This document shows positions 20,357 to 31,143 of a stretch of 64,000 nucleotides of DNA, one piece after another. The notes under the pieces were generated by a model. That model saw only the letters and a list, made by a program, of their open reading frames with translations. It did no database searches and was not told the DNA's origin. The position numbers and the translations under genes are program-made. The stretch's first letter is position 1. Every line of letters begins with the position of its first letter. The stretch is from an uncultured candidate division Zixibacteria bacterium (lineage in GTDB: Bacteria > Zixibacteria > MSB-5A5 > UBA10806), in the NCBI GenBank assembly GCA_963801605.1, contig CAWDFP010000006.1:960001-1024000 (forward strand), given 5' to 3'.

Positions 20357-21263
20357 TTGATCACTACAAAACAGGATGCCCCGCAAAACTATCTTCCGGA
20401 TATTTCGCTATTTTTGTGTACTGTGATCTGGGGTATTTCTTTTACCGTCATAAAAGATATCCTTGGCAAAGATATATCTTTAGTCCTGTTCATCTTTGTT
20501 AGATTCGCAATCGCTTCAATTCTAATCTACCCCCTATGCCGAAAAAGCTCTGCCAACAATGGGTTGGGATGGCGTCAAAGCCGGCATATTATTGGGTCTT
20601 TTGCTTTTCGTAGGATTTGTTACCCAGACAGCCGGCTTGCTGTACACAACGGCCTCAAAATCTGCCTTTATAACTGGTCTTTCATCGTTGTTAATCCCAT
20701 TTATCCTTCTCTTTCATAAAAAAATCCTACCCGAATTGCTTGTGATTATGGCGTTGGTAGTGGCTGCGATAGGGCTATATTTACTTACCGGTCCGGCTGG
20801 GGGCGGATTTAATTTTGGGGATTTTTTGACTCTTCTTTGTGCAATTGCTTTTGGTGCTCAGATCTATCTAATGGGAATTGTGACAGTACGATATGATTCG
20901 CTCAGTTTGACTTTTATAGAACTTGTCACTATGACTGTACTTTCGGCGGTTGTACTGCCGTTTGAAAATATTATATTTGTGCCATCGGCGAAAATAATAA
21001 TCGCCGTAATCTTTATGGCAATAGTTGCCACGGCAATGACGCTTTCTGTTCAGACCTGGGCCCAGAAACGGACAACTGCTGTCAGAGCGGGGCTTTTGTT
21101 TTGCGCCGAGCCAGTTTTTGCTTATATGATCGCTTTTGTCGCATTGGGGGAACGATTCAACCTTGTTCAAATGATAGGTGGAGCGACAATTATTGTTGCT
21201 ATCGTTGGTTCGGAGCTTATTCCGTTAATATTGAACGCTGCAAGCGCTAAACCTATGGATTAA
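20357..21263 (+). CDS. EamA/DMT transporter (+1 frameshift in an A run near 20542)
   Basis: IWGISF, RFAIA, SAFITGL, GDFLTL, EPVFA. Deleting one A in gaaaaagc joins the two ORFs. Confidence 0.85.
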
Positions 21264-21376
21264 ATTTACTTAAATGCGGCTTTGTGATTTGAACAGTTGG
21301 CCTTATAATCTTGTTAATGATTAAATTTTGATATTGAGGAATGTATTTTATCAGATGAAAAGAATGTGCTCCAGTT

Positions 21377-22312
21377 ATGTCTGAAAAACTTGGCATAGTA
21401 TTAGACCCCGTATTTTACATGCACGATCCTGGGCCGACTCATCCGGAATCTCCAAAGAGACTGCGGGCAGTTGAGGAGGGCATCAAGGCCTTTGATTTAC
21501 CAATTACCCCGATACCCGCTCGTCCGGCCACCAGAGAAGAAATTTGCCTGGTGCATTCTCCCGAATATGTGGATAGTATCCTAAATATGCAGATTGACGG
21601 TATAGTTCAGCTCGATCCCGATACGGCCGCCTCGACTCACAGCCCGGAAGCCGCCAGAAAAGCTGTCGGTGGCGTCATCGAGGCCATTGATCGAATTATG
21701 CAGGGAGAACTTAAAAAGGCTTTCTGCGCCGTCAGGCCGCCGGGCCATCATGCCGAGCCGGATCATGCCATGGGTTTTTGCATATTCAACAATATCGCGA
21801 TTGGTGCTGCCCACGCCCTTTCACGCTGGCAACTCGAACGCGTAGCCATCATAGATTGGGATTTGCATCATGGCAATGGCACACAGGATACATTTTACGA
21901 TACTGACGAAGTCCTTTATATCTCGCTTCACCAATCTCCTTTTTATCCGGGGACTGGCAAAGAAATCGAAAAAGGCGATGGGAAAGGATTGGGTTTTAAT
22001 ATCAATATCCCGATGGCGCCCGGATCATCAGACGAGGATTTCAGGGAGGCTTTCCGAGAGATAGTTATTCCCGCCCTCTCAAATTACGAACCGCAGCTTC
22101 TCCTGATTTCGGCCGGTTTCGATTCACACCGTGACGACCCCCTGGGCGATCTCTATCTTACCACTGAGTATTTTGGCGAGATGACCTCGAAATTAAACGA
22201 GATCGCCGGTCAGTATTGCGACGGCCGCGTGGTTTCGGTTCTTGAGGGCGGCTACAATCTTCAAATTCTTAAAGAATGCGTGACACTTCATTTGAAGGAG
22301 TTGGCTGGATGA
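21377..22312 (+). CDS. Histone deacetylase family (Zn-dependent deacylase)
   Basis: HPESPKR, RPPGHHA, GFC, DWDLHHGNGTQ, GFDSHRDDP, LEGGY. Confidence 0.95.
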   Translation: MSEKLGIVLDPVFYMHDPGPTHPESPKRLRAVEEGIKAFDLPITPIPARPATREEICLVHSPEYVDSILNMQIDGIVQLDPDTAASTHSPEAARKAVGGVIEAIDRIMQGELKKAFCAVRPPGHHAEPDHAMGFCIFNNIAIGAAHALSRWQLERVAIIDWDLHHGNGTQDTFYDTDEVLYISLHQSPFYPGTGKEIEKGDGKGLGFNINIPMAPGSSDEDFREAFREIVIPALSNYEPQLLLISAGFDSHRDDPLGDLYLTTEYFGEMTSKLNEIAGQYCDGRVVSVLEGGYNLQILKECVTLHLKELAG

Positions 22313-23081
22313 ATAAATATGTCAGAATAAAGGAATATGACGGGATATTTTGGGGCCGAGTCCATGAAAACGAGGTCATATTACTGGACAATGCCCCCTG
22401 GGAAAGCCCCCGGGACATGGGACGGAAAGTAAAACTGGAGATGGGCAAACTTGCTGCCCCTGTTACGCCATCGAAGATCGTTTTGATTGGCAAAAACTAT
22501 CCGGAGCATATCAAAGAGATGTCAAATCTCGCGGGAACGCCATCCGAAGAGCCTATTATTTTCATGAAACCGCCAACCGCCGTAATAGGCCCCAACGATT
22601 CCATACCCAGATATTCTCAACTGGATCGAGTCGATTACGAAGGGGAGCTGGCTGCGGTCATCGGACGGAAAATATTCCGAGGCGGATCTTGGTAAAGTAA
22701 AGGAAAGTATATTTCGGATATACCTGTGTTAATGATGTCACTGCCAGGAATTTACAAAAGAAGGATGGCCAATGGACTCGCGCCAAAGGATTCGATGGCT
22801 TTTGTCCGGTTGGTCCCTGGATTGTGACGGACATCGATCCTCTTGACCTTAAAATTGAGACATATTTGAATGGTGAGCGCAAGCAGTCTGGAAGATCATC
22901 CGAACAACTCTGGAATATCTTTGAACTTATTATTTTTGTATCGAGTGTCATGACACTTTTGCCGGGCGATCTTATTTCCACTGGAACGCCCCGCGGAGTC
23001 GCACCTATGATGCCGGGGGACGTGGTGAGAGTTGAAATTGAAAAAATCGGAATACTTGAAAATAAGGTTGTATCCGCATGA
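22309..23081 (+). CDS. Fumarylacetoacetate hydrolase family protein (frameshifts near 22680-22720)
   Basis: [25 protein letters not shown]. The shifted frame continues [32 protein letters not shown] and [13 protein letters not shown]. Confidence 0.88.
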
Positions 23082-24894
23082 TCGGACTTTCGGGCATCGT
23101 TGCCAATATTACTGCGGCCGGCGCTGATATCACTTTCGCCTGAATTGCCGGCGTCATATCGAATGGATGTTAAGCTCGATACCTCTAACAACAATATAAC
23201 CGGATTCGAGAATATCGAGTTTATGAATCCGACCTCGGATACTCTTTCTCAAATCTGTTTTCATCTTTATCCCAACGCATTCAAGGATACATCCAGCGCC
23301 TTCTGCCGGGAAAACTCGGAGATAAGATCAGAGGTGGCTGCAGGCAATACGTCTGAGCTTAAAATTTCAAACCTTACCATCGATTCGCTGTCTATCGATT
23401 CCAACGGCATCGAGGAGTCCGGCACGCTTTTATACGTTAATCTTCCAACGAAATTGCCACCCCTGAAAACGATTTCAATTTCGCTAAAGTTCGAACTGAA
23501 GATACCCAAAACCTTGATGCGTTTTGGCTATAACGATCTGGGCAATTACCTCCTTTCACACTGGCACCCCATTCTTTGCGGCTACCAGAAAGGTGTTCTG
23601 CAGGATTTCGAATATCATTCCAATAGCGAGTTTTTCTCAAATTTCTCGAGCTATGATGTCAGGCTCGATGTTCCGCTGGGTTTCGCGGTTGGCTCCACGG
23701 GGGAATTAACCGAGGTTTCGCGCGATAGCAGTCGTACCATTTGGAATGCCCACGCCGATACCGTTATCGATTTCGCGTTTGTCTGCGGACCGGGTTTCGA
23801 GGTAATCGAGTCTGATACACTCGGGATAAAAATCCGCTATCTGCTTGAAAAACGTCACTTAAAATATGCGACCGTTTACGGATGACTTGACCAAATTATC
23901 CCTTTGTTATGATTCCGAAAAATTCTTCAAATATCCTTATAAAACATTTACTTTAGTTGATTTTCAATCTGGCGCCTCCGGGATGGAGCTTCCCGGTATG
24001 GTGGTAATCAGCTATCCCGGCACAAGATTATTCTCTTTTGGGAAGTCAATTTTGGCGCTAACCATCGCTCATGAAATCACTCACGAATGGTTTTATGCTA
24101 CTGTTGCCACCAATGAAGCCATTGAACCGTGGCTTGATGAGGGCCTGACCAGCTACGTAACCGAACGTCTGCTGTCATCGGGCGGAGATAGTCTAAGTCA
24201 ACTAAACTTTATGGGATACAAATTTAGTTTTCCAATTTTCGAACACTTGAGCGCGATCATGGTTAAGGGTGAATATCCGATTGACCTGAAAAGCTGGGAC
24301 TATCCTGACGAAATGTCTTATGCCACTGCCGTCTACAACCGAAGCAGCCTGGTGCTTAAAACCCTTGAAAATCTGATTGGGCGGGATAAGTTCGATACAT
24401 TTTTGAAAGCCTATTCCAACAATTTTCGATTTAAGCATCCTCAAAAAGATGATTTTGTTAATCTCAGCGCTATCTATGCCGGTGCCGAAATGAGCCGTTT
24501 TGCCGGCCAATTTATCAATGGTACGACGCGACTTGACTATGCTATTAAAAATATCAAATACAAATCATTTCAAAATTCGGATTCGACAAAAGAATACGAG
24601 ATTACAGTTACAGTTGTGCGCGAACTCGATGGTGTCCTGCCTGAGAAAATCAGGCTAAGCCTTGAGGACGGCACTACCATAGATACCACCATCATGGAGA
24701 ATAATCTGAAAATCGTAGATCTGAAGTTTGTTGCGTCTTCCCGTCCGCTGTCCGCCGAACTGGTCAATCAATATGCGCTTGATGAAAATATTGCCAATAA
24801 CACCTTTTCCGAAAAATCGTTTGGCTCGCGCCTGATATCATTCGAATGGGATATGGTTTTTGGTGTGGAATTTTTACTATCGCTTATACTATGA
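23078..24894 (+). CDS. M1 family metallopeptidase (frameshifts near the start and near 23870)
   Basis: FHLYPNAF in the N-terminal part. GMELPG and AHEITHEWF...[11 protein letters not shown] (HExxH+E) in the C-terminal part. Confidence 0.85.
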
Positions 24895-25755
24895 AAAATA
24901 TTCTTAAAAACAGGCTCATTGCGGCAACGCTCATGTTTCTCCTGCTGAATTTAACTGGAGCCTTTCTGATTATGGCCCCGATCCTGGTAATTCTTCGCAA
25001 TCGCTATGATCATTCCCAGGCCGCCCTGAGCCTCTGGCCGGTTATCTCACCGCTCATGTTGAGCGATATCCTGATCAATGATGCTCAAATGCTCGGCACA
25101 TTCATCATTTCAGCTGTGGTAATATTGACTTTTTACATGCTTCTTCGGACATATTTTTCCGGCGGAATATACGGCGTGATCATTTTAGATAACAATAAAG
25201 CCACACTTGATGCCAACAATCCTTTGAAAGATTTTCTAATTCGATGTGCTTCATTCTGGCCGGGCTTTATCAAAGCGTCGCTCTTTTCAATCCTGGTATA
25301 TTTAATTACCATCTTTCTTGGAGTTTTCTTTGCGAAACTTATATCGATACTTGGAATATTCTGGCAGATCGTAATTTTTCTTTTCTTCATGCTGCTTGGT
25401 TCGACTTATATCCAGCTTCTCAAGGCCCGGCTCGTTTCAGGAGACACTGGTTCTGTCACAGAGGCAATTCGCTTTACACGCCCGATGATCGCGAAATCGG
25501 CTTTCAGACTTATCGCGGGGAATCTTGCGGTTGTGGTTGTCGGCGCTTTGATCATATTCATCTTGTGGAAAATTCTGAACGGCTCTTCGCGGCTTGGGCT
25601 GGAACATAGGTCTTGCCGTGCTTTCAATTGTTTTGGAGCAAGGAATTGTTTTTGTAATTTGCATTATGCAGGTGATAAGGATAAATTTTAATTATTCAAT
25701 AATCAAAAGAGGTGAACTCGATGTTGTGGGAAGAACTGAACTGGGCGGAGTTTGA
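24891..25755 (+). CDS. Uncharacterised multi-pass membrane protein (probable frameshift near 25585)
   Basis: Several TM segments. A further TM segment (WNIGLAVLSIVLEQGIVFVICIMQ) continues in another frame to a TGA at 25753. Confidence 0.6.
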
Positions 25756-26443
25756 AAAACTCGTCCCCGAAAAATACGATACAGCCATACTGCCGGTAGG
25801 TACTATCGAAGCCCACGGCGTAGCCCCGTTGGGAACTGACGATCTCATTCCCATGGAAATGGCCAAAAGAATTGCCGACGATTTACACGCCATCATCGCG
25901 CCGATTGTAAACCACGGAATCACCAGGACTCTTCTGGCTTATCCGGGTTCGCTTTCGGTGTCTGCTGATACTTTCGAGAAATATGTGATCGAATAATGAT
26001 CTCAATCGCCGATTGCAAATTCAAGAAGCTCGTTATCCTCAATGGCCACGGCGGCAATACCGAACGTCTGGCACGGGCTGTTCGCGAGGTCTGGCACGCC
26101 AAGCGCATCAAAATTGTATCGGTGGATTGGTGGACATGTTGCTGACGATCTCGTCGAGAAGATTTATGGACGAGCAGGCGGCCATGCTGCTACTGACGAA
26201 AACGCGGTAGTTCAGGCGTTTCGCCCGGAGCTTATTAAAAAAGAATTTTATTCCGATGAAATGGTTTATCTTCAGCCGCCTGGTTTCTCGGTCTATCCCA
26301 ATCCCGGTACAATTCTTTCCTATAAGGAAGGAGCCGGTTTCCTCGATTTCGATCAGAAAAAAGCCGAGCAATTTTTCAACGCTGTCACTGAACGAATAAA
26401 AACGCATATCCTCGATATATTTAAGCGCTGGGAACGGCTATAA
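25721..26443 (+). CDS. Creatininase / mycofactocin-peptidase family amidohydrolase (two frameshifts)
   Basis: PVGTIEAHG..PLGTD. The shifted frame gives ILNGHGGN, then GGHAATDE. Confidence 0.85.
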
Positions 26444-26458
26444 GATTGTGCGAAAAGG

Positions 26459-26492
26459 AGTTCCCGTGCACAGAATATTGTGCGCGGGAACT
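26459..26492. terminator. Strong hairpin after the creatininase gene
   Basis: agttcccgtgcaca-gaatat-tgtgcgcgggaact, a 14-bp stem with one G-U pair. No clear T tract on the + strand. Confidence 0.5.
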
Positions 26493-26628
26493 GGCGGAAT
26501 ACCTTCATTTTCTCGTATAACCATCAACAATTCATATCCTTATGACGTATAATATATCGGGCACAAGGTTTGCTCTTCACGTATTTAGGTAAGTTTAGTT
26601 CTTTGATAATAGAATCGAGTTAATTTAT

Positions 26629-26657
26629 TTGACAGTCGATCGGCTTTGTGTTACAAT
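26629..26657 (+). promoter_or_regulatory. Near-consensus sigma70 promoter
   Basis: TTGACA-17 nt-TACAAT with an extended -10 TG. Confidence 0.7.
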
Positions 26658-26663
26658 CGGCCC

Positions 26664-27468
26664 ATGAATCGTACGATGGCCAAATTAATGGCTCTCCTGC
26701 TCTTGATCTCCGCGCCGGTTCTGGCGCAGCATGAAACTGCTGATGATTCCGCCTACGCCTTCGCCAATATACCGCGAACGCCTATTCGCTGGACCATCAG
26801 ATACCCCGACAGCGGGTATGCTTCCCAAAGGTTCATTCGATCTCGATATGCGTACTTTTTCCGGTGGCGGACTGCAGGCCCAATTGGGCATCGGCTTGAT
26901 GAATCGATTTTCAATCGGCCTTGGCTTATGGAGCATCCTCGGTTCTTTCCGATACCACACCGAACTGGGCTCCACGTTTGGAATTTCAAATGCGCCTGAC
27001 CGGCTTCTTGAAGAGGGTCACGGTTTTCCGGCAGTCGCAATAGGCTTCAATTCGCAAGGGTTTGGGCCTTATGATGATTCATTAAAGCGCTACCAGGTAA
27101 AATCGACCGGTTTTTACGTGGCTTTTACCTCCAATTTCCAGTTTTACTCCAATAATGCCGGCTTGAGTTGGGGTGCAAACTACAGTCTCGAAAACGAACG
27201 AGACAGTGACCCATCCGCCTTTGTGGGATTCAACGCCGATCTTGGTAATAACATGCTTTTCTTAACCGAATACGATTTAGCTTTAAACGATAACACCCGC
27301 TATTCTGTCTATGGAAGAGGACGAGGCTTCTTCAATATGGGGTTGGTCTGGTATCTTACCGATGGACTGTCATTGGAACTCGATCTCAAGGATCTTTTAC
27401 GAAACCGGACAAATGCCAGCTCGATAGATCGAGAGGCTCGCCTGGTTTATACAGAGTTCTTTTATTAA
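26664..27468 (+). CDS. YjbH-like outer-membrane beta-barrel protein (about three frameshifts)
   Basis: Signal peptide MNRTMAKLMALLLLISAPVLAQ, then DTPTAGMLPKG, PAVAIGFNSQG and alternating beta strands ending YTEFFY. Confidence 0.6.
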
Positions 27469-27484
27469 CGCAGGAGCGGTTACT

Positions 27485-27979
27485 ATGAATAGAACGTACA
27501 TTACCGTCCTGGTGGCGGTTTTTTTATCGCTGACCATAGCGGGATGTTATACCAAACTTAAGGGGCCGGAACCGGGGACCGGGGTATATGACAACTATTA
27601 TTATGAATATCCCTATTATTATGACGGTTTCTACAATCCCTACTCGTTACAGTACGGATGGTATAGCCCGTTCTTTTTCGGTTACCCGTCCTACTATGGC
27701 AATTTTTATTATCCCTGGTGGTACGATCCTTATTATGGCGATGGAGGCTACGGTCATGGCGGTCAAAACCTGCCTGGTAAGGACGTAAGAACCCGTCGGG
27801 GAGGTGAGCCGAGTACAATGCCAAATGTTCCGGGAAGCAGCTATTCGCCTCCACCATCTTCACCGGGACCGAGCGATACTGGCACTCGAACGCCGTCCAC
27901 GCCATCATCCGGCAATCAGGGAACATCAAGCGGTGATGATAATTCATCTGGCGGCAAATCAACCAGAGGCAGACGATAG
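27485..27979 (+). CDS. Lipoprotein with a Tyr-rich segment and a Ser/Pro/Gly low-complexity tail
   Basis: Lipobox IAGC, YYYEYPYYYDGFYNPY...WWYDPYY, C-terminal SSGGKSTRGRR. CAGGAG RBS. Confidence 0.75.
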   Translation: MNRTYITVLVAVFLSLTIAGCYTKLKGPEPGTGVYDNYYYEYPYYYDGFYNPYSLQYGWYSPFFFGYPSYYGNFYYPWWYDPYYGDGGYGHGGQNLPGKDVRTRRGGEPSTMPNVPGSSYSPPPSSPGPSDTGTRTPSTPSSGNQGTSSGDDNSSGGKSTRGRR

Positions 27980-27987
27980 GAGAAAAG

Positions 27988-29273
27988 ATGAAAATTCTAT
28001 TCTAACCGCGGGCAACGGTTTTACTTTGCCCTGGCACTTACAGCGCTTTTTATAACTTTTGGATATTCGATTTCGTAGGCGCAATATTCGCAGGATTCTC
28101 TTTAGAGGTTTACGAACCGGCGACCGAAAATAATTTCCCCGTTGGCGGCCGGGCTTCTGGCATGGGCGGAGCGCAGATTCGGCGCCGGCGATGATGGTTC
28201 GGTTCTTTATTATAATCCCGCTCTTTTAACCAGAATTCGAAGCACCGAAATCTCGGGTACTCTGACCCAGCAGAGATTTAACAATAAGACCTCTATATAT
28301 GGAATTAACACGCCCGAGGCGCGACTCAACAACACCTGCGTTAGGGAGCCTTTGGGCCATTTTTCCTATTCCCACTGAGCGGGGTGGCATGTCGGTTGGA
28401 ATTGCTGTCAACCGCGTGAAAAGCTTCGATAGAATTTTCCGCTATTCTTCCAGTAATAATTGGTTTGATAATCCCAATTTGAATGGTTATGGCGGTGGTG
28501 AGGACGAAACCGGCAGTATTTGGGATTGGTCTTTTGGCGGCGCTATTGAGGTTTCGCCTAAATCCTCGGTTGGTCTTTCGCTGGATATTTTCGATGGTCA
28601 TGATGATTATTCAGCATTTTTTGATTCCACTTTTGGTGGCGCGACCTATCATTATCGCCATGAATATCAACGATAGCTACACCGGTATTTCCGGTAAGCT
28701 CGGCGCCACCTATGCCGCCACGAATTGGCTCAACTTGGGTGCTGTAATAAGATTTCCAACCTCGCTTTCGATTGATCAGTCGTCTTCAACATCTGACGGC
28801 GGAAATATCAGTAATGGCGAATTCTCTTATCGTTACACCCTCCCTTTTTCATTCGGTTTGGGAAGCGAATTTAATATCCGAGACCTCACTCTTGCCGCGG
28901 ATATCAGTTATCTCGACTATACTCAATTGAGCTATCAGAAGGGGTTCGAGGACCTCTCCGCGGCTGATCGTTTGGTGAGGCAGTACTATCGCGATGTTTT
29001 AAGTTATCATCTTGGGGCTGAATACCTGATTCGTTCTGCGGGCATCAGCCTTCGTGCCGGATATTTCAGCGAACCGATTCCTTTAAAGGATACCCTGTAG
29101 TTCGCGATCCCAAATTTTTCACGGTTGGCGCCGGAATAGTAATTGAAAACTCGGCCAATTTCGATTTAGCTTTCGTTGGCGGCTCCTGGAAACGCCAGGA
29201 CCCCTCAATTGGCAGCACCGAGGAGTACAACGCTCAAAGATTTTTGGCTACGCTATCATTTAGGATAAAGTAG
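27988..29273 (+). CDS. OmpP1/FadL-family outer membrane protein (multiple frameshifts)
   Basis: Pieces in several frames give GMGGAQ, YYNPALL, WSFGGAIEVSPK, KLGA, YHLGAEY, LRAGY, and end ATLSFRIK at TAG 29271. Confidence 0.7.
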
Positions 29274-29321
29274 TATCGTGATGTACCGTCGAGCCTCAAA
29301 CTCGGCAGTGACATTTCCCGG

Positions 29322-29351
29322 CCGGGGTTCTGCAAGAACCCCGGTTTTTTT
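29322..29351 (+). terminator. Intrinsic terminator
   Basis: ccggggttc-tgcaa-gaaccccgg followed by T7. Confidence 0.85.
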
Positions 29352-29546
29352 ATTACAAATGGGCTATGGAACTCGGCTAGGTCGGACAGATCTCAGTCTT
29401 GTTCATTTTGAATGTTCAATAATATTGAACAAGGGGAGATAATGAACAATAATGGACTCGTGGTCAAGACCCAGTGGCATTGACAAGGGCTTTTTATTTG
29501 ACTTTCCCTCGTATTCGCATACTTTACCGCGCGGAGATATGTTGAC

Positions 29547-30734
29547 GTGATACCGCTTTTTTTGCTCTTTGTCCTAACTGTAGTACTAATCAGATTTAAG
29601 ATTCCTATTGGAGTGGCCCTGATCTCAGGCGCAATCTTCCTTGGCGTTTATCATTTCGGGCTTACTGGCGAATTATGGGAAATGCTTTGGAAGGCCCTGA
29701 TCAGCCTTAATACCTGGAAACTTGTACTGACTGTCGCCCTGATCCTAACCTTTGCCAATATCTTTGAATCGGCCGGCTATGTGCGCTCGATGGTGGCTTC
29801 GCTTGAATCATTTCTGTCGCCAGGCTGGGTAACCCGAATCGCGCCGGCGATAATCGGTCTTCTTCCAATGCCGGGTGGGGCCATGGTTTCTGCACCTATT
29901 GTAAAACAAATGGGGGAGGGCTCGAATACCTCGCCTGAACAATATACAGCTGCCAACTATTGGTGGCGCCACGTCTGGGAAACTACCTGGCCGCTCTATC
30001 CCAGTATAATTTTAGCTGCCGCGGTTCTTAATGTTTCAGTTTGGGATGTTGCCCGTATCAATTTCCCGATTTCGCTGACTTGCATAGTTTCAGGTTTCAT
30101 CCTCAAACGGATCGGTTCGCCAGTGAGGTCCGGCAACAAAATCAATTGGTTAAATCTTTTGGGTTCGCTCTGGCCTATAATTCTGATTGTCCTCTTGAGC
30201 CTGCTCTTCAAAGTCGATCTGGTTCTTGCAGTCATCCTGGTTTTGGTCGTTGTGATAATAAAGAAGCAGGTCTCACGTCCCATAGTATTCGACGGTCTTA
30301 AGCAGGGCTTTTCGCTCGATATCATCGCCCTTATTTTCGGAGTTATGACATTAATGTATGCTATCGAAACAACCAAAGTGGCGATGGTTTTTTATGGAGA
30401 ACTCCTGGAGTTCGGTATCGCGCCTATGATGGTCGTTTTCGTGGTGCCATTTGTGGTCGGGCTTTTGACCGGAGTGACGTCGGCATATATAGGAGTCGGA
30501 TTTCCTATCGTTCTACCGCTTTTGGGCACGGCGCAGGTATCGCAAAATGCGGGGATGCTTTTGGCTTTCGCTGGCGGTTTCATGGGTGTCATGGCTTCGC
30601 CGGTGCATCTTTGCCTGGTACTTACCAATGAGTATTTTAAAGCCTCGCTTATAAAAACCCTGACCCTGCTAATATTGCCAATTTTATTGACCTCTTTGAT
30701 CTCCTGGGTAATGGCCTTGGCGGTTTATCATTAG
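29547..30734 (+). CDS. DUF401-like integral membrane transporter
   Basis: IGLLPMPGGAMVSAP, NYWWRHVWE..WPLYP, SPVHLCLVLT.EYF. Confidence 0.8.
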   Translation: MIPLFLLFVLTVVLIRFKIPIGVALISGAIFLGVYHFGLTGELWEMLWKALISLNTWKLVLTVALILTFANIFESAGYVRSMVASLESFLSPGWVTRIAPAIIGLLPMPGGAMVSAPIVKQMGEGSNTSPEQYTAANYWWRHVWETTWPLYPSIILAAAVLNVSVWDVARINFPISLTCIVSGFILKRIGSPVRSGNKINWLNLLGSLWPIILIVLLSLLFKVDLVLAVILVLVVVIIKKQVSRPIVFDGLKQGFSLDIIALIFGVMTLMYAIETTKVAMVFYGELLEFGIAPMMVVFVVPFVVGLLTGVTSAYIGVGFPIVLPLLGTAQVSQNAGMLLAFAGGFMGVMASPVHLCLVLTNEYFKASLIKTLTLLILPILLTSLISWVMALAVYH

Positions 30735-30847
30735 GTTTTGATTTAGCCGCTGTCCTCCGGGAAAAAATTCCTCATCACTGATGTTATTTGACCCACCTGC
30801 TAAAGTATCCCTTTTTATATCCGATAACCCTATTGAAAGGGGAAAAC

Positions 30848-31042
30848 ATGGGAGATCTGACTTCAATACTTTTAGGGGCATCGGTGGTAGTGCTATCCTG
30901 GACTGTGGCTAAGCTAAACGAGAAAGTCGACAAGCAAATAAAGAAATTCAAAAAGTTCGAAGAGGCCCTCAAAAAGAACGCCACGGGTGGGGTCAAAACC
31001 AGCACCAACTACAAGGGATACCCGCAAGACATTTATAAATAA
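30848..31042 (+). CDS. Small hypothetical single-TM protein (64 aa)
   Basis: ATG with a G-rich RBS, an N-terminal hydrophobic helix and a Lys-rich amphipathic tail. Confidence 0.5.
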   Translation: MGDLTSILLGASVVVLSWTVAKLNEKVDKQIKKFKKFEEALKKNATGGVKTSTNYKGYPQDIYK

Positions 31043-31074
31043 TAGGTTAGCTTAAAACCTTATATTTGCATTAG

Positions 31075-31108
31075 ATTCCCGGAACACTTTCCGGGAATTT
31101 TTGTATAA
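31075..31108 (+). promoter_or_regulatory. ECF-type promoter motif overlapped by a perfect 10-bp inverted repeat
   Basis: GGAAC-17 nt-GTATAA, inside attcccggaa-cact-ttccgggaat. Confidence 0.5.
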
Positions 31109-31143
31109 TTATATGAGTTTATAATGCCTTGCAAAGGAGAACC

